From contig JAUSHI010000007.1 of assembly GCA_030648055.1 (NCBI GenBank), positions 49,621 through 113,620 of the forward strand: a stretch of 64,000 nt of DNA. The letters run 5' to 3'. This document shows, piece after piece, positions 27,273 to 35,774 of the stretch. The notes beneath the pieces are model-generated. The model was given only the letters and a program-made list of their open reading frames with translations, was not told the DNA's origin and searched no databases. Position 1 is the stretch's first letter. Every line of letters starts with the position of its first letter. The position numbers and the translations under genes were made by a program. This DNA comes from a bacterium (GTDB taxonomy: Bacteria > Patescibacteriota > Minisyncoccia > Sungbacterales > SURF-37).

Positions 27273-27647
27273 ATGACCTCAGAAGAGATCGTTGCCCAAG
27301 TGAGGAAAAACAAAGAAGCGGCAAACCCGAAAAAGTGCGCGCCGGAATGCCCGACCGCGGACATGACCGTCTTCTGGACGCTCAGCATCGGCGGAGTGGT
27401 AGGCCTGATTCTCATTGCCGCAATCGCCGCCATGGAGCGCCCGGCGGCCCTCCTCCCGCTCGTCCTCGTCTTCGGAGTCCCTATGTTCATGGGCCTCCGC
27501 AAGATGTACAAGTTTTTAACCACTGGCACTTCGGTGATGGAAGGCTATCTACGGCGTCTTTTCACCGGCTACGGCATCTTCATCGCCATAGCTCTCACCG
27601 GAGGGTCACTGATAATGCTCCCCGCGCTCTTTTCCAAGCTCTTTTAA
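27273..27647 (+). CDS. Small GC-rich membrane protein
   Basis: GGAGGG upstream of the ATG. 124 aa with about 3 hydrophobic helices. G+C is far above the neighbouring sequence, and several frames are open. Confidence 0.5.
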   Translation: MTSEEIVAQVRKNKEAANPKKCAPECPTADMTVFWTLSIGGVVGLILIAAIAAMERPAALLPLVLVFGVPMFMGLRKMYKFLTTGTSVMEGYLRRLFTGYGIFIAIALTGGSLIMLPALFSKLF

Positions 27648-27660
27648 TAACGCCCACCCC

Positions 27661-27688
27661 AAGAGGCGACCAACCGGTCGCCTCTTTT
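27661..27688 (+). terminator. Rho-independent terminator
   Basis: 11-bp stem AAGAGGCGACC/GGTCGCCTCTT followed by TTTT. Confidence 0.75.
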
Positions 27689-27691
27689 GCT

Positions 27692-27700
27692 TTATCCACA
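27692..27700 (+). promoter_or_regulatory. Perfect DnaA box sequence
   Basis: TTATCCACA. Confidence 0.3.
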
Positions 27701-27734
27701 CCACCCCAAAAGTGCATATTTTAGTGTTTTCTTG

Positions 27735-27848
27735 CCCCGTACTAAAAATGGCCTTTCCCACGCGTCTTTGTAGCCGATTGCTGGAATTCTCCATTATGAA
27801 ACGACTTAGCAGAAAGGTAAAATAACTGTGCCATTTTTTAGTACGGGG
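27735..27848. repeat. Long-range inverted repeat (hairpin D)
   Basis: CCCCGTACTAAAAATGGC (27735-27752) pairs with GCCATTTTTTAGTACGGGG (27830-27848). An extended -10-like TGGTATAAT follows at 27851-27859. Confidence 0.65.
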
Positions 27849-27906
27849 TGTGGTATAATACAAATAATGCCCTCAAAAGAAGGTATGTAGAAATAGTTTA
27901 ATTAAA

Positions 27907-28025
27907 CCCCGTTAGAAGTAGGACGCGAGTGCACATTTCATTAGAGATTCTTCATGATTATAAAGTTGCCCATACTTGAGAATTTGTCTCTAACGAGAGT
28001 AAGCGTCCGCGACTTCTAAACGGGG
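27907..28025 (+). repeat. Hairpin element family A, copy A2
   Basis: Left arm CCCCGTTAGAAGTAGGACGCGAGTGC, right arm GTAAGCGTCCGCGACTTCTAAACGGGG. Contains a 21-codon ORF at 27954-28019. Confidence 0.75.
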
Positions 28026-28042
28026 TAAAGAGGTGCGGCCTT

Positions 28043-28103
28043 GGTTTTAAGTGTTTTATCTGTATTTGCAAGACAGCGTCGCGGCAAATACAGCCATAAA
28101 ACC
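28043..28103. repeat. Hairpin E
   Basis: CTGTATTTGC (28060-28069) pairs with GCAAATACAG (28083-28092). Outer pairing GGTTTTA/TAAAACC. Confidence 0.6.
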
Positions 28104-28250
28104 TTAACCCAGCCCTTTATGCAGTAAAAATTACTTCAATGTCAATATGAAAAGCATATCAACATCAAAATTAAAATTAAATTCAGCCGGCTTAAAGGGT
28201 TGGGTGCTGAATTTTATAATTATTCGCTAACACTCATAAATAAAATTCGC

Positions 28251-29132
28251 ATGCCCACAACACACATAAACGAAGAAGAAATTTTAAAGCGTTATGAGTC
28301 TTTGCCCCAAGACCTTAAAGACGCAATGATGGGCATTTCCACGGCCGACGCAATTAGCGAAATAGGCCGTAAAACAAATCTAAATATAGAAAAGATGGGG
28401 GCGCTGGCTGAAGAAGTGGGGCTTATTATCCTGGGATTTATTCCATCAGCAAATTTTATTTCCGATATCAAAACCGTGCTTGATATAGATGCGGAAAAGG
28501 CGGCGGAAATCGCAAATGAAGTAAACCAGCACATATTTTTACCGATACGCGAATCATTGAAACGCCTGCATGGCGCCTCCTGGAGTGAGGGAATCACCAA
28601 GCCCCCGGTAAAATTTGAAGGACAAAAAGTTGCCGAATTTAAACCCGCGCCCCCCGTTCCGGAAATAAAACCTTCCGGTCCGGTAAGCGCACCCGAAGCA
28701 AAACCGCAACCACCAGCGCTACCCGCCCCGAAAGAACCGATGATAATAAGACCAATGGGTCTGCCCGCGCCGCTACCCAAAGAAGAAAGATTCGGCGCAA
28801 AAGAAATTACCATGCCGCCCGCGCTACTCCCAACCCCAACATTGCCACCCGCGCCAGCGCGAACTGTTCCTACGATTCCTCCCATTGCTCAAAAAATTAT
28901 AACTCCTGAAATAAGACCTCAAGAAATTAAACTTCCGCCATCAGCTTTACCAATTTCAGAAAAAGAACAGGAAATGCCGTTCTCTCCATTTTCTTACGCC
29001 ACGCCCAAACCCGCTTTCCCAGCACCTACGATTCCATCGGCCCCAAAACCGATTATTCCGCAGCAAAAAATATTTGTCCCCGCGCCCCAACACCAACCAA
29101 GTTCTGACCCCTATAAAGAGCCGCTTGAATAA
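28251..29132 (+). CDS. Hypothetical protein with a helical N-domain and a long proline-rich C-terminal half
   Basis: Start chosen at ATG 28251 (MPTTHINEEE). The C-terminal ~170 aa are rich in P/A/K. Confidence 0.5.
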   Translation: MPTTHINEEEILKRYESLPQDLKDAMMGISTADAISEIGRKTNLNIEKMGALAEEVGLIILGFIPSANFISDIKTVLDIDAEKAAEIANEVNQHIFLPIRESLKRLHGASWSEGITKPPVKFEGQKVAEFKPAPPVPEIKPSGPVSAPEAKPQPPALPAPKEPMIIRPMGLPAPLPKEERFGAKEITMPPALLPTPTLPPAPARTVPTIPPIAQKIITPEIRPQEIKLPPSALPISEKEQEMPFSPFSYATPKPAFPAPTIPSAPKPIIPQQKIFVPAPQHQPSSDPYKEPLE

Positions 29133-29235
29133 ATCCCCACACCTTCCCGCGGGGTATTGAACCCTGCGGGCAGGACTTGAAACCGCCATTCATCCCCGCG
29201 GCAAGACCGCAGGGTATTCTGGAAGGTGTGGGGAT
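29133..29235 (+). repeat. Three-way-junction-like hairpin element G just after a stop codon
   Basis: Perfect 15-bp closing stem ATCCCCACACCTTCC/GGAAGGTGTGGGGAT encloses two local hairpins, CCCGCGGGG..CCCTGCGGG and CCCCGCGG..CCGCAGGG. Confidence 0.7.
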
Positions 29236-29296
29236 AAAGGGCTTGCTCTAAATTCTGAAATTCGCAGGCGAACAAAATTTATTTAGCAAACCTTTA

Positions 29297-29342
29297 CCCA
29301 GCACTTATTTTCATGCGTCCGATCGTAAAAATAAGTGCTGGG
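29297..29342. repeat. Hairpin H
   Basis: Perfect 15-bp stem CCCAGCACTTATTTT/AAAATAAGTGCTGGG with a 16-nt loop. Confidence 0.7.
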
Positions 29343-29404
29343 CGCAAGCGGTAGCTTGCATATCGCTCGCATTGGGCTCGCTCATAAATTTAAACAACAT
29401 TGGC

Positions 29405-29815
29405 ATGCAGCAATTTCAAGTTCCGCAATATATTAATATAGAAGACCGCATCATCGGTCCGCTCACCATGAAACAATTTCTATACCTTCTCGGGGGGGCA
29501 GCCGCGATACTTTTGGCTTGGTTTTTTTTAAATCCTTTCTTTTTTTCTGTTATTGCCGTACCGGTGGCTCTTTTTTCCGGCTCTATGGCTTTTTTAACAA
29601 TAGGCGGCCGACCATTTCCCACAGTATTATTTAACGGAATAAATTTTTATCTAAAACCACGTTTATATATATGGAAGCGCGCACCGAATAAAAAAATGGC
29701 TACACCAAAACCCTTAGAAATAAACGAAAAACAGCTGAAAACTCCGTCGCTTACAGAAAGCAAACTTTCTGATCTTTCATGGAGTTTAGACATAAAAGAA
29801 AAAATCGGCCGTTAA
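29405..29815 (+). CDS. PrgI/VirB3-like small T4SS membrane protein
   Basis: Start chosen at ATG 29405. MQQFQVPQYINIEDRIIGPLTMKQFLYLLGG followed by two TM helices fits the PrgI-family pattern. Lies upstream of virB4. Confidence 0.55.
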   Translation: MQQFQVPQYINIEDRIIGPLTMKQFLYLLGGAAAILLAWFFLNPFFFSVIAVPVALFSGSMAFLTIGGRPFPTVLFNGINFYLKPRLYIWKRAPNKKMATPKPLEINEKQLKTPSLTESKLSDLSWSLDIKEKIGR

Positions 29816-29902
29816 TTAGAACTAAGAGATAGAAACCAAGAACAAGGGGCTGGAGAAATAAGTCCCCTAGTTCCTCCAACTTAATTCCTAATTCCGATAT
29901 AA

Positions 29903-30580
29903 ATGCCCCCAAAAGAACAAACTGAATCGCAAAAAGCAAAAGGAGCGCGCGCCGCGCAAGAATTTCTCGCAGTTGACGCAATACGCGACGGCATAATTAT
30001 CCTTAAAAACAACGAGGGCATGAGGGCTGTAATTATGGCCTCCTCTCTGAACTTCGCGCTAAAATCTGCCGAAGAACAGGATGCGATTATTTTCCAATAT
30101 GAAAATTTTTTAAACTCAATTGATTTCCCGCTACAATTCGTCATTCAATCGCGCCGTCTCAATATTCTGCCTTATATAGAGCTCCTTAAGGCGCGGGAAA
30201 AAGAAGAATTCAACGAACTTCTTAAAATTCAAATAGGCGAATATATTGAATTTATTAAAAGCTTCGTGGAACTTACCAACGTTGTAACAAAAACTTTTTT
30301 TGTCGTTATACCTTTCACACCTACCATAGCTGAGAAAGCTGGTGTTGCTTCATTTCTAAGTTCGCTAATTGGTTCAAAAACAGCACCCGCTCTCACAAGC
30401 GATGAAAAATTTTATGAATACAAAAATCAGCTCACGCAAAGAACCGACGCCGTTTCAACCGGTCTTCGACGGATTGGCCTGCGAAGCGCGGTCCTGAACA
30501 CCGAAGAATTGATTGAACTTTTTTACGGCCTTTATAACCCGGCCGAAGCCGAACGCCAAAAATTAAGCGAAACAAAATAA
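29903..30580 (+). CDS. Hypothetical protein tightly coupled to virB4
   Basis: 225-aa ORF whose stop lies 2 nt before the virB4 ATG. No catalytic motif seen. Confidence 0.55.
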   Translation: MPPKEQTESQKAKGARAAQEFLAVDAIRDGIIILKNNEGMRAVIMASSLNFALKSAEEQDAIIFQYENFLNSIDFPLQFVIQSRRLNILPYIELLKAREKEEFNELLKIQIGEYIEFIKSFVELTNVVTKTFFVVIPFTPTIAEKAGVASFLSSLIGSKTAPALTSDEKFYEYKNQLTQRTDAVSTGLRRIGLRSAVLNTEELIELFYGLYNPAEAERQKLSETK

Positions 30581-30582
30581 AA

Positions 30583-32403
30583 ATGACTTTTGGAGGATTT
30601 GGGGGAAAAGATACAACAGCAAAGGAAATTTTTCCGGTTTTCCCGGAAGAAATTTACCGTGCGGCGGAAGTAACGCTCAAAGATGTTATCGCCCCGGCGG
30701 CCCTTGAAATCAATCCAAGTTTCCTTCGGCTGGGCGAACGAGTAAGCCGTACATTGTTTGTTTTTTCATATCCGCGCTTTTTACATACCAACTGGTTTTC
30801 ACCGATTATTAATCTAGACAAGATTTTTGACATAGCAATTTTTATTCATCCGGTAGACACCGTAATAATTATGCGCGAGTTGAGAAAGCAGGTCGCCAGA
30901 GTGCAGTCTCAAATCTCGCTTCGCGAAGAAAAAGGGCTGGTGCGGGACCCGATGTTAGACACCGCTTACCGCGATCTTGAGTCCCTGCGAGACAGACTTC
31001 AACAAGCCCAGGAAAGATTGTTCAATGTCGGGCTTTATTTTACCCTCTACGGCGCCAACGAAAACGAGCTGGATAAAACCGAAAATGAAATACGATCCAT
31101 GATGGAATCAAAACTCGTTTATATAAAACCCGCGCTCTTCCAGCAAGAAGAAGGATTCAACTCCACCCTGCCCCTGAATACCGACCGCCTGCTCGTGCAC
31201 AATTATCTTAACTCCGGTCCGGTATCTTCAACTTTTCCATTTGTCTCTTTTGACCTCACCTCAAACAAAGGAATCCTCTACGGCATAAATAGACACAACA
31301 ACAGCTTGATCCTTTTTGACCGCTGGTCTCTTGAAAACTCCAACTCGGTAACATTTGCCGTCTCAGGTGCTGGTAAATCATACGCTACAAAACTGGAAAT
31401 CTTGCGCTCTCTTATGTTTGCGGCTGAAGTTATAGTTATTGACCCCGAAAGAGAATATAAACACCTCTCGGACACAATAGGTGGGGCTTATTTCAACATT
31501 TCGCTCACCTCACCCCACCACATAAATCCGTTTGACCTGCCCGTTCCGCGCGAAGACGAAGCGCCCTCCGACGTTCTTCGCTCAAATATCATAAATCTTG
31601 TCGGGCTTTTCCGAATAATGCTCGGCGGCTTAACCCCGACCGAAGACGCGGTTCTGGACCGGGCCATTACCGAAACTTATGCGGCGCGAGACATAACTTC
31701 CGAATCGGATTTTTCAAAAATTTCGCCGCCGACTCTTTCAGATTTAGCGCTCATACTTGCCAACACTGAAGGGGGAGACGAACTTGCGATAAAACTAAAA
31801 AAATACACCGAAGGAACGTGGTCGGGATTTCTAAATCAGCAGACCAATCTAAATGTACGCAACCGTTTAGTCGTCTTCAGCGTGAGAGACATGGAAGAAG
31901 AACTGCGACCAGTCGCGATGTATATAATTCTTCACTATATCTGGAATATCGTCCGCTCCGAATTAAAAAAACGGCTTCTAATAGTGGATGAGGCCTGGTG
32001 GTTGATGCGGCACGAAGACGGCGCCTCTTTTCTTTTTGGTATTGCCAAGCGCGCGCGCAAATATTATCTCGGGCTTTCAACCATCACCCAGGACGTATCC
32101 GACTTTTTAAGCTCACCCTACGGGAAACCAATCGTTACCAACTCTTCGGTACAACTTCTCCTAAAGCAGTCCCCGGCAACAATTAAAACTCTGGTAGACA
32201 CCTTTAATCTTACCGAGGAAGAAAAATTTTTGCTCCTTGAGTCTGGGGTGGGAGAGGGAATTTTCTTCGCGGGGCTTAAACACGTAGCCATCAAAATTAT
32301 CGCTTCGTACACTGAAGACCAGATTATAACTTCCGACCCGGCCCAGCTCTTGCAGATTCAGAAAGCCAAAGAAGAATTCCAAAAAACTGGCCAACTGACT
32401 TAA
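30583..32403 (+). CDS. virB4: VirB4/TrbE/PrgJ-like type IV secretion ATPase
   Basis: Walker A VSGAGKSY and Walker B LLIVDEAW. N-terminal CagE/TrbE-like region (RTLFVFSYPRFL). Also LSTITQD. Confidence 0.8.
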   Translation: MTFGGFGGKDTTAKEIFPVFPEEIYRAAEVTLKDVIAPAALEINPSFLRLGERVSRTLFVFSYPRFLHTNWFSPIINLDKIFDIAIFIHPVDTVIIMRELRKQVARVQSQISLREEKGLVRDPMLDTAYRDLESLRDRLQQAQERLFNVGLYFTLYGANENELDKTENEIRSMMESKLVYIKPALFQQEEGFNSTLPLNTDRLLVHNYLNSGPVSSTFPFVSFDLTSNKGILYGINRHNNSLILFDRWSLENSNSVTFAVSGAGKSYATKLEILRSLMFAAEVIVIDPEREYKHLSDTIGGAYFNISLTSPHHINPFDLPVPREDEAPSDVLRSNIINLVGLFRIMLGGLTPTEDAVLDRAITETYAARDITSESDFSKISPPTLSDLALILANTEGGDELAIKLKKYTEGTWSGFLNQQTNLNVRNRLVVFSVRDMEEELRPVAMYIILHYIWNIVRSELKKRLLIVDEAWWLMRHEDGASFLFGIAKRARKYYLGLSTITQDVSDFLSSPYGKPIVTNSSVQLLLKQSPATIKTLVDTFNLTEEEKFLLLESGVGEGIFFAGLKHVAIKIIASYTEDQIITSDPAQLLQIQKAKEEFQKTGQLT

Positions 32404-32497
32404 AAATTAATCCTATTAGAGATCCAAACGTTATACACTGCAATTAATATAAAATACACTATAAAAATCCGGATTGTTTATTATTCTTCACTAATAA

Positions 32498-33037
32498 ATG
32501 GAAATCTTTGATTTCCTATCTCTAACGGGATTAAATTTTACCCCAATGAACGGCATACAGGCACCAACAAATCAAAAATCTCCGGCGAACGATACCCCGT
32601 GGCAAAACGAAAAACTTGCGCGCGCGCCGAAGCAAGCGGAAGCAAAAACACCATCGCCTCAAACCAAAATTTCCGTTGCAATGGGCGGACTTCTTATCGC
32701 AACCGCCTTATTTTTTGACGGCGGACAGTTTGTTCTTGAAGCCTTAACCGGACTTACCGCCGTTCTTCTACCGCTTGGAATTGCTCTTAGTTGGGCAATT
32801 GACGCGATTGCTTGGCTAACTTTTTTCTTATGGTTTCACTCCCTCGGATTAGGTACAATAAAGAAAGGCGGACCCGGAGAAACCACCCTAAATCAGGCGC
32901 CGTTTGTTATCATCGCGTTTGCCCTGGGCATTGAAATAATACCTTTCGTAAACATGCTCCCGGCGTGGACCGCGGCTATCGTAATCGTAATAGTAAAAGA
33001 GCGGGTATTGGCGCTCGCACAACAAAAAAACAAATGA
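32498..33037 (+). CDS. Integral membrane protein (T4SS-locus associated)
   Basis: 179 aa with about 4 hydrophobic helices after a polar N-terminus. Its stop overlaps the next start (ATGA). Confidence 0.5.
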   Translation: MEIFDFLSLTGLNFTPMNGIQAPTNQKSPANDTPWQNEKLARAPKQAEAKTPSPQTKISVAMGGLLIATALFFDGGQFVLEALTGLTAVLLPLGIALSWAIDAIAWLTFFLWFHSLGLGTIKKGGPGETTLNQAPFVIIAFALGIEIIPFVNMLPAWTAAIVIVIVKERVLALAQQKNK

Positions 33038-34005
33038 AATTTTTCCTTTCACTTTTAGTATTAGGGGTTCTGCTTTTTGCATCAGGGGCCGCGGTTAAGG
33101 CGCAATTTGCCGAAAATCTTTCAATTGCTATTGATGTCGCGTCTCCTCAGCCCGGCCAGACCATTAACGCAAAAGCTTTACTTTCAACAAACAACCCGGC
33201 TCAAGCCACATTCCAATGGCTATTGAACGGAAAAGGTGTACCATCTGCTTCCGGCATGGGAAAAGATACTTTTACGTTTACCATGCCAACAGGAAGCCGC
33301 ACCGCCGTTGATGTCGTTGTCGTCACCTCCGATGGCACTCGCCTTGAGGCCACAAAAGCCATAACATTGGCCAAGGCAGTCATCGTCTGGTGGGCAGACA
33401 CATCTGTTCCAATCTGGTATCAAGGCAAAGCAATCTCAAGCACTGGCTCAACGGCGACACTATACGCGATACCCGGAACCGGATTCAATGAAAATCCATC
33501 AACTCTTTTTTACTTCTGGACAATTAACCTTGAAGCACACCCGGAGGTCTCGGGCGTCGGACGAAATAGTTTTGACTTGAAAGTTTCGCTGGCTGAAAAC
33601 GTAACGCATCAAATAAATGTTCGCATATCCAATGCCACCCAGACCATAACGCAGGAGGCCATGGTTTTGCTCCAAACAAAAACGCCGGAACTTATGGTCT
33701 ACCAGCTTACCCCGACCGGAGGGGTTGATTTTTCACAAATGCTTTCAATCTTTAATGGAAACTCGGGCGAAACATATGACTTTATCGCCGAACCTTTTTT
33801 CTTCCGTCCCGACCAGATTAAAGTGTTGAAATTTTCCTGGCAATTAAACGACAAAACTCTTGAGGGAGATTTTACAAAACCAAATATTTTAACTTTGGAA
33901 ACAACATCCGGCGGAACTTCGCAAAACACGGTTCAGGTGGATGCCAGCGGCTTAGGAACAAACACACAAGAATCTTCAACCTTTTTTACAGCTAACTTCC
34001 GTTAA
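33034..34005 (+). CDS. Secreted hypothetical protein, beta-rich
   Basis: Start chosen at ATG 33034. Signal peptide MKFFLSLLVLGVLLFASGAAVKA. Confidence 0.55.
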   Translation: MKFFLSLLVLGVLLFASGAAVKAQFAENLSIAIDVASPQPGQTINAKALLSTNNPAQATFQWLLNGKGVPSASGMGKDTFTFTMPTGSRTAVDVVVVTSDGTRLEATKAITLAKAVIVWWADTSVPIWYQGKAISSTGSTATLYAIPGTGFNENPSTLFYFWTINLEAHPEVSGVGRNSFDLKVSLAENVTHQINVRISNATQTITQEAMVLLQTKTPELMVYQLTPTGGVDFSQMLSIFNGNSGETYDFIAEPFFFRPDQIKVLKFSWQLNDKTLEGDFTKPNILTLETTSGGTSQNTVQVDASGLGTNTQESSTFFTANFR

Positions 34006-34018
34006 CAAACTTATGAAT

Positions 34019-34137
34019 CCCGTTAGAAACCGCGGTCGCAGTACGTAAAATAAATATCATCAAAATTATGAAGGAAAAAATTATAAACCATCAATATAAT
34101 AACCAGCAGGCGCTGACCGCGACCTGTTTCTAACGGG
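34019..34137 (+). repeat. Hairpin element family A, copy A3
   Basis: Left arm CCCGTTAGAAACCGCGGTCGCAGTAC, right arm ..GCTGACCGCGACCTGTTTCTAACGGG. Ends at the ATG of the pilin-like gene. Contains a 21-codon ORF at 34068-34133. Confidence 0.8.
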
Positions 34138-34545
34138 ATGAAATTCTTTCTTTTTTCCGTTGCCTTTATCGCCGTGTTAGTTCTTGCCCCTGCCGCAAGC
34201 CATGTATCTTTGGCTGAACCTAACCCCACGAGCATAGTTGTACCCACATCAATAACATCGGGAACCACCGGCGCAAAACCCACCACAGCAACAGGCTACC
34301 TTGATTATCTTTATACATGGATGCTGGGATTTGTGGGTATTGCCGCGCTTTTTGCTATAGTTTATGGCGGAGTGCTTTATATTTTCTCAGGGGCTATTGA
34401 GTCAACCGCTGAAGCGCGAAGGTGGATTACCAACGCCATTATAGGCCTCCTTATTGCCGGCGGCTCTTACGTTATTCTTCGCACCATAAACCCAGATCTG
34501 GTTAAAAAATTTGATGTGCAAACCATTATCCAAAAAAATAGATAA
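34138..34545 (+). CDS. VirB2/TrbC-like pilin candidate
   Basis: Signal peptide MKFFLFSVAFIAVLVLAPAASHVSLA followed by two hydrophobic helices (MLGFVGIAALFAIVYGGVLYIF and IIGLLIAGGSYVIL). Located in the T4SS locus. Confidence 0.5.
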   Translation: MKFFLFSVAFIAVLVLAPAASHVSLAEPNPTSIVVPTSITSGTTGAKPTTATGYLDYLYTWMLGFVGIAALFAIVYGGVLYIFSGAIESTAEARRWITNAIIGLLIAGGSYVILRTINPDLVKKFDVQTIIQKNR

Positions 34546-34577
34546 CCGCTAATGGTTTTGAACAAATAAATTTAAAT

Positions 34578-35774
34578 ATGAATAGAAGAAATATTATAAT
34601 AATTTCAGTTATCGTTGGACTACTAATTATTGGCGGCGTTGTTTTTTTCCTTCTTTCCCGCCCTTCGGGCACAACTACGGGCGAAACGCCATTAACATCA
34701 CTCTTCGGAAGATTGCCGCTTATTGGCGGCCGCGTTGGTCCGACACCACCATCCGGAAACGAAGCTACCACGCAGGATGAAACTCTACCGCCATCAACCA
34801 CAGAGACAAGACGACGAATCGTACAACTTACCGACGAGCCCGTAATCGGACCCGCGTTTGACGTAAAAACACAAAAGATTTTTTATTACAAAAAAAGAGA
34901 CGGCCATCTTGTATCAAATACTCCGTCAAACGGCAACGAAGAAACGGTTTCCAACCTGACCATCCTGAATATACTTGAAGTATTTTGGTCTCCGGACAAA
35001 AAAAAGACAGTTATCGTCTATCAAGACAGCGCCGATATTAAAAAATTCATCAGTGAGGCAACCTCAACGCCGAAAGTGGCTTTTCTCCCAAAAGAAAGCT
35101 CATCTTTGGTCTGGTCGCTGGACGGAAAAACAATCTGGTGGCTCCAAAAACAAGATCAAACCTACGCGCTTATCTCATCTGACACCAATGGCAAAAACCA
35201 AAGCAGGAAAAATTTTACCACCCCCATACCGGAACTTAAGCTCTCAATTATTTCCTTAGACACCATTATGCTTGTCCCCAAAACCGTTTCCTATTTTGAA
35301 ACACCATTACTATTATTTAGTTTAAAAACTTCGGCTCTTAGCCCGATCCTCACAGCATTCGGTCTCACAGCACTTCGCGACCCGAACCCTAAAACGCAAA
35401 ATATCCTCTACACAAACACGAGCCGGGGGGGGGCCCTTGATAACATACATCTTCTGGACCTAAAAACCGGAAAAGATACTTTCTGGCCACTTAAAACCCT
35501 GGCTTCAAAATGCGCGTTTTCGCCAGACTCTAAACTTGTTTTCTGCGCAGTTCCTAAAAACCCTCTTTTGCGCGACCTGCCGGAGGCATGGTTTGAAGGT
35601 AAAACAACATTTTCCGACTCAATTTATAAGCTTGATCTTACAACCAGCAAAGCGGAAGAAATATTCAACGAGGGTGATTACGATGCCACAAGTCTTGTCA
35701 TAAGCGATGACTATAAAAATCTTTTCTTCATAGACAAAAAAACGGGCTTTCTTTACGGCCTATCCACCGAGTGA
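34578..35774 (+). CDS. Membrane-anchored extracytoplasmic hypothetical protein
   Basis: 398 aa with an N-terminal TM. Repetitive beta-strand-like segments, possibly a propeller (weak support). Confidence 0.5.
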   Translation: MNRRNIIIISVIVGLLIIGGVVFFLLSRPSGTTTGETPLTSLFGRLPLIGGRVGPTPPSGNEATTQDETLPPSTTETRRRIVQLTDEPVIGPAFDVKTQKIFYYKKRDGHLVSNTPSNGNEETVSNLTILNILEVFWSPDKKKTVIVYQDSADIKKFISEATSTPKVAFLPKESSSLVWSLDGKTIWWLQKQDQTYALISSDTNGKNQSRKNFTTPIPELKLSIISLDTIMLVPKTVSYFETPLLLFSLKTSALSPILTAFGLTALRDPNPKTQNILYTNTSRGGALDNIHLLDLKTGKDTFWPLKTLASKCAFSPDSKLVFCAVPKNPLLRDLPEAWFEGKTTFSDSIYKLDLTTSKAEEIFNEGDYDATSLVISDDYKNLFFIDKKTGFLYGLSTE

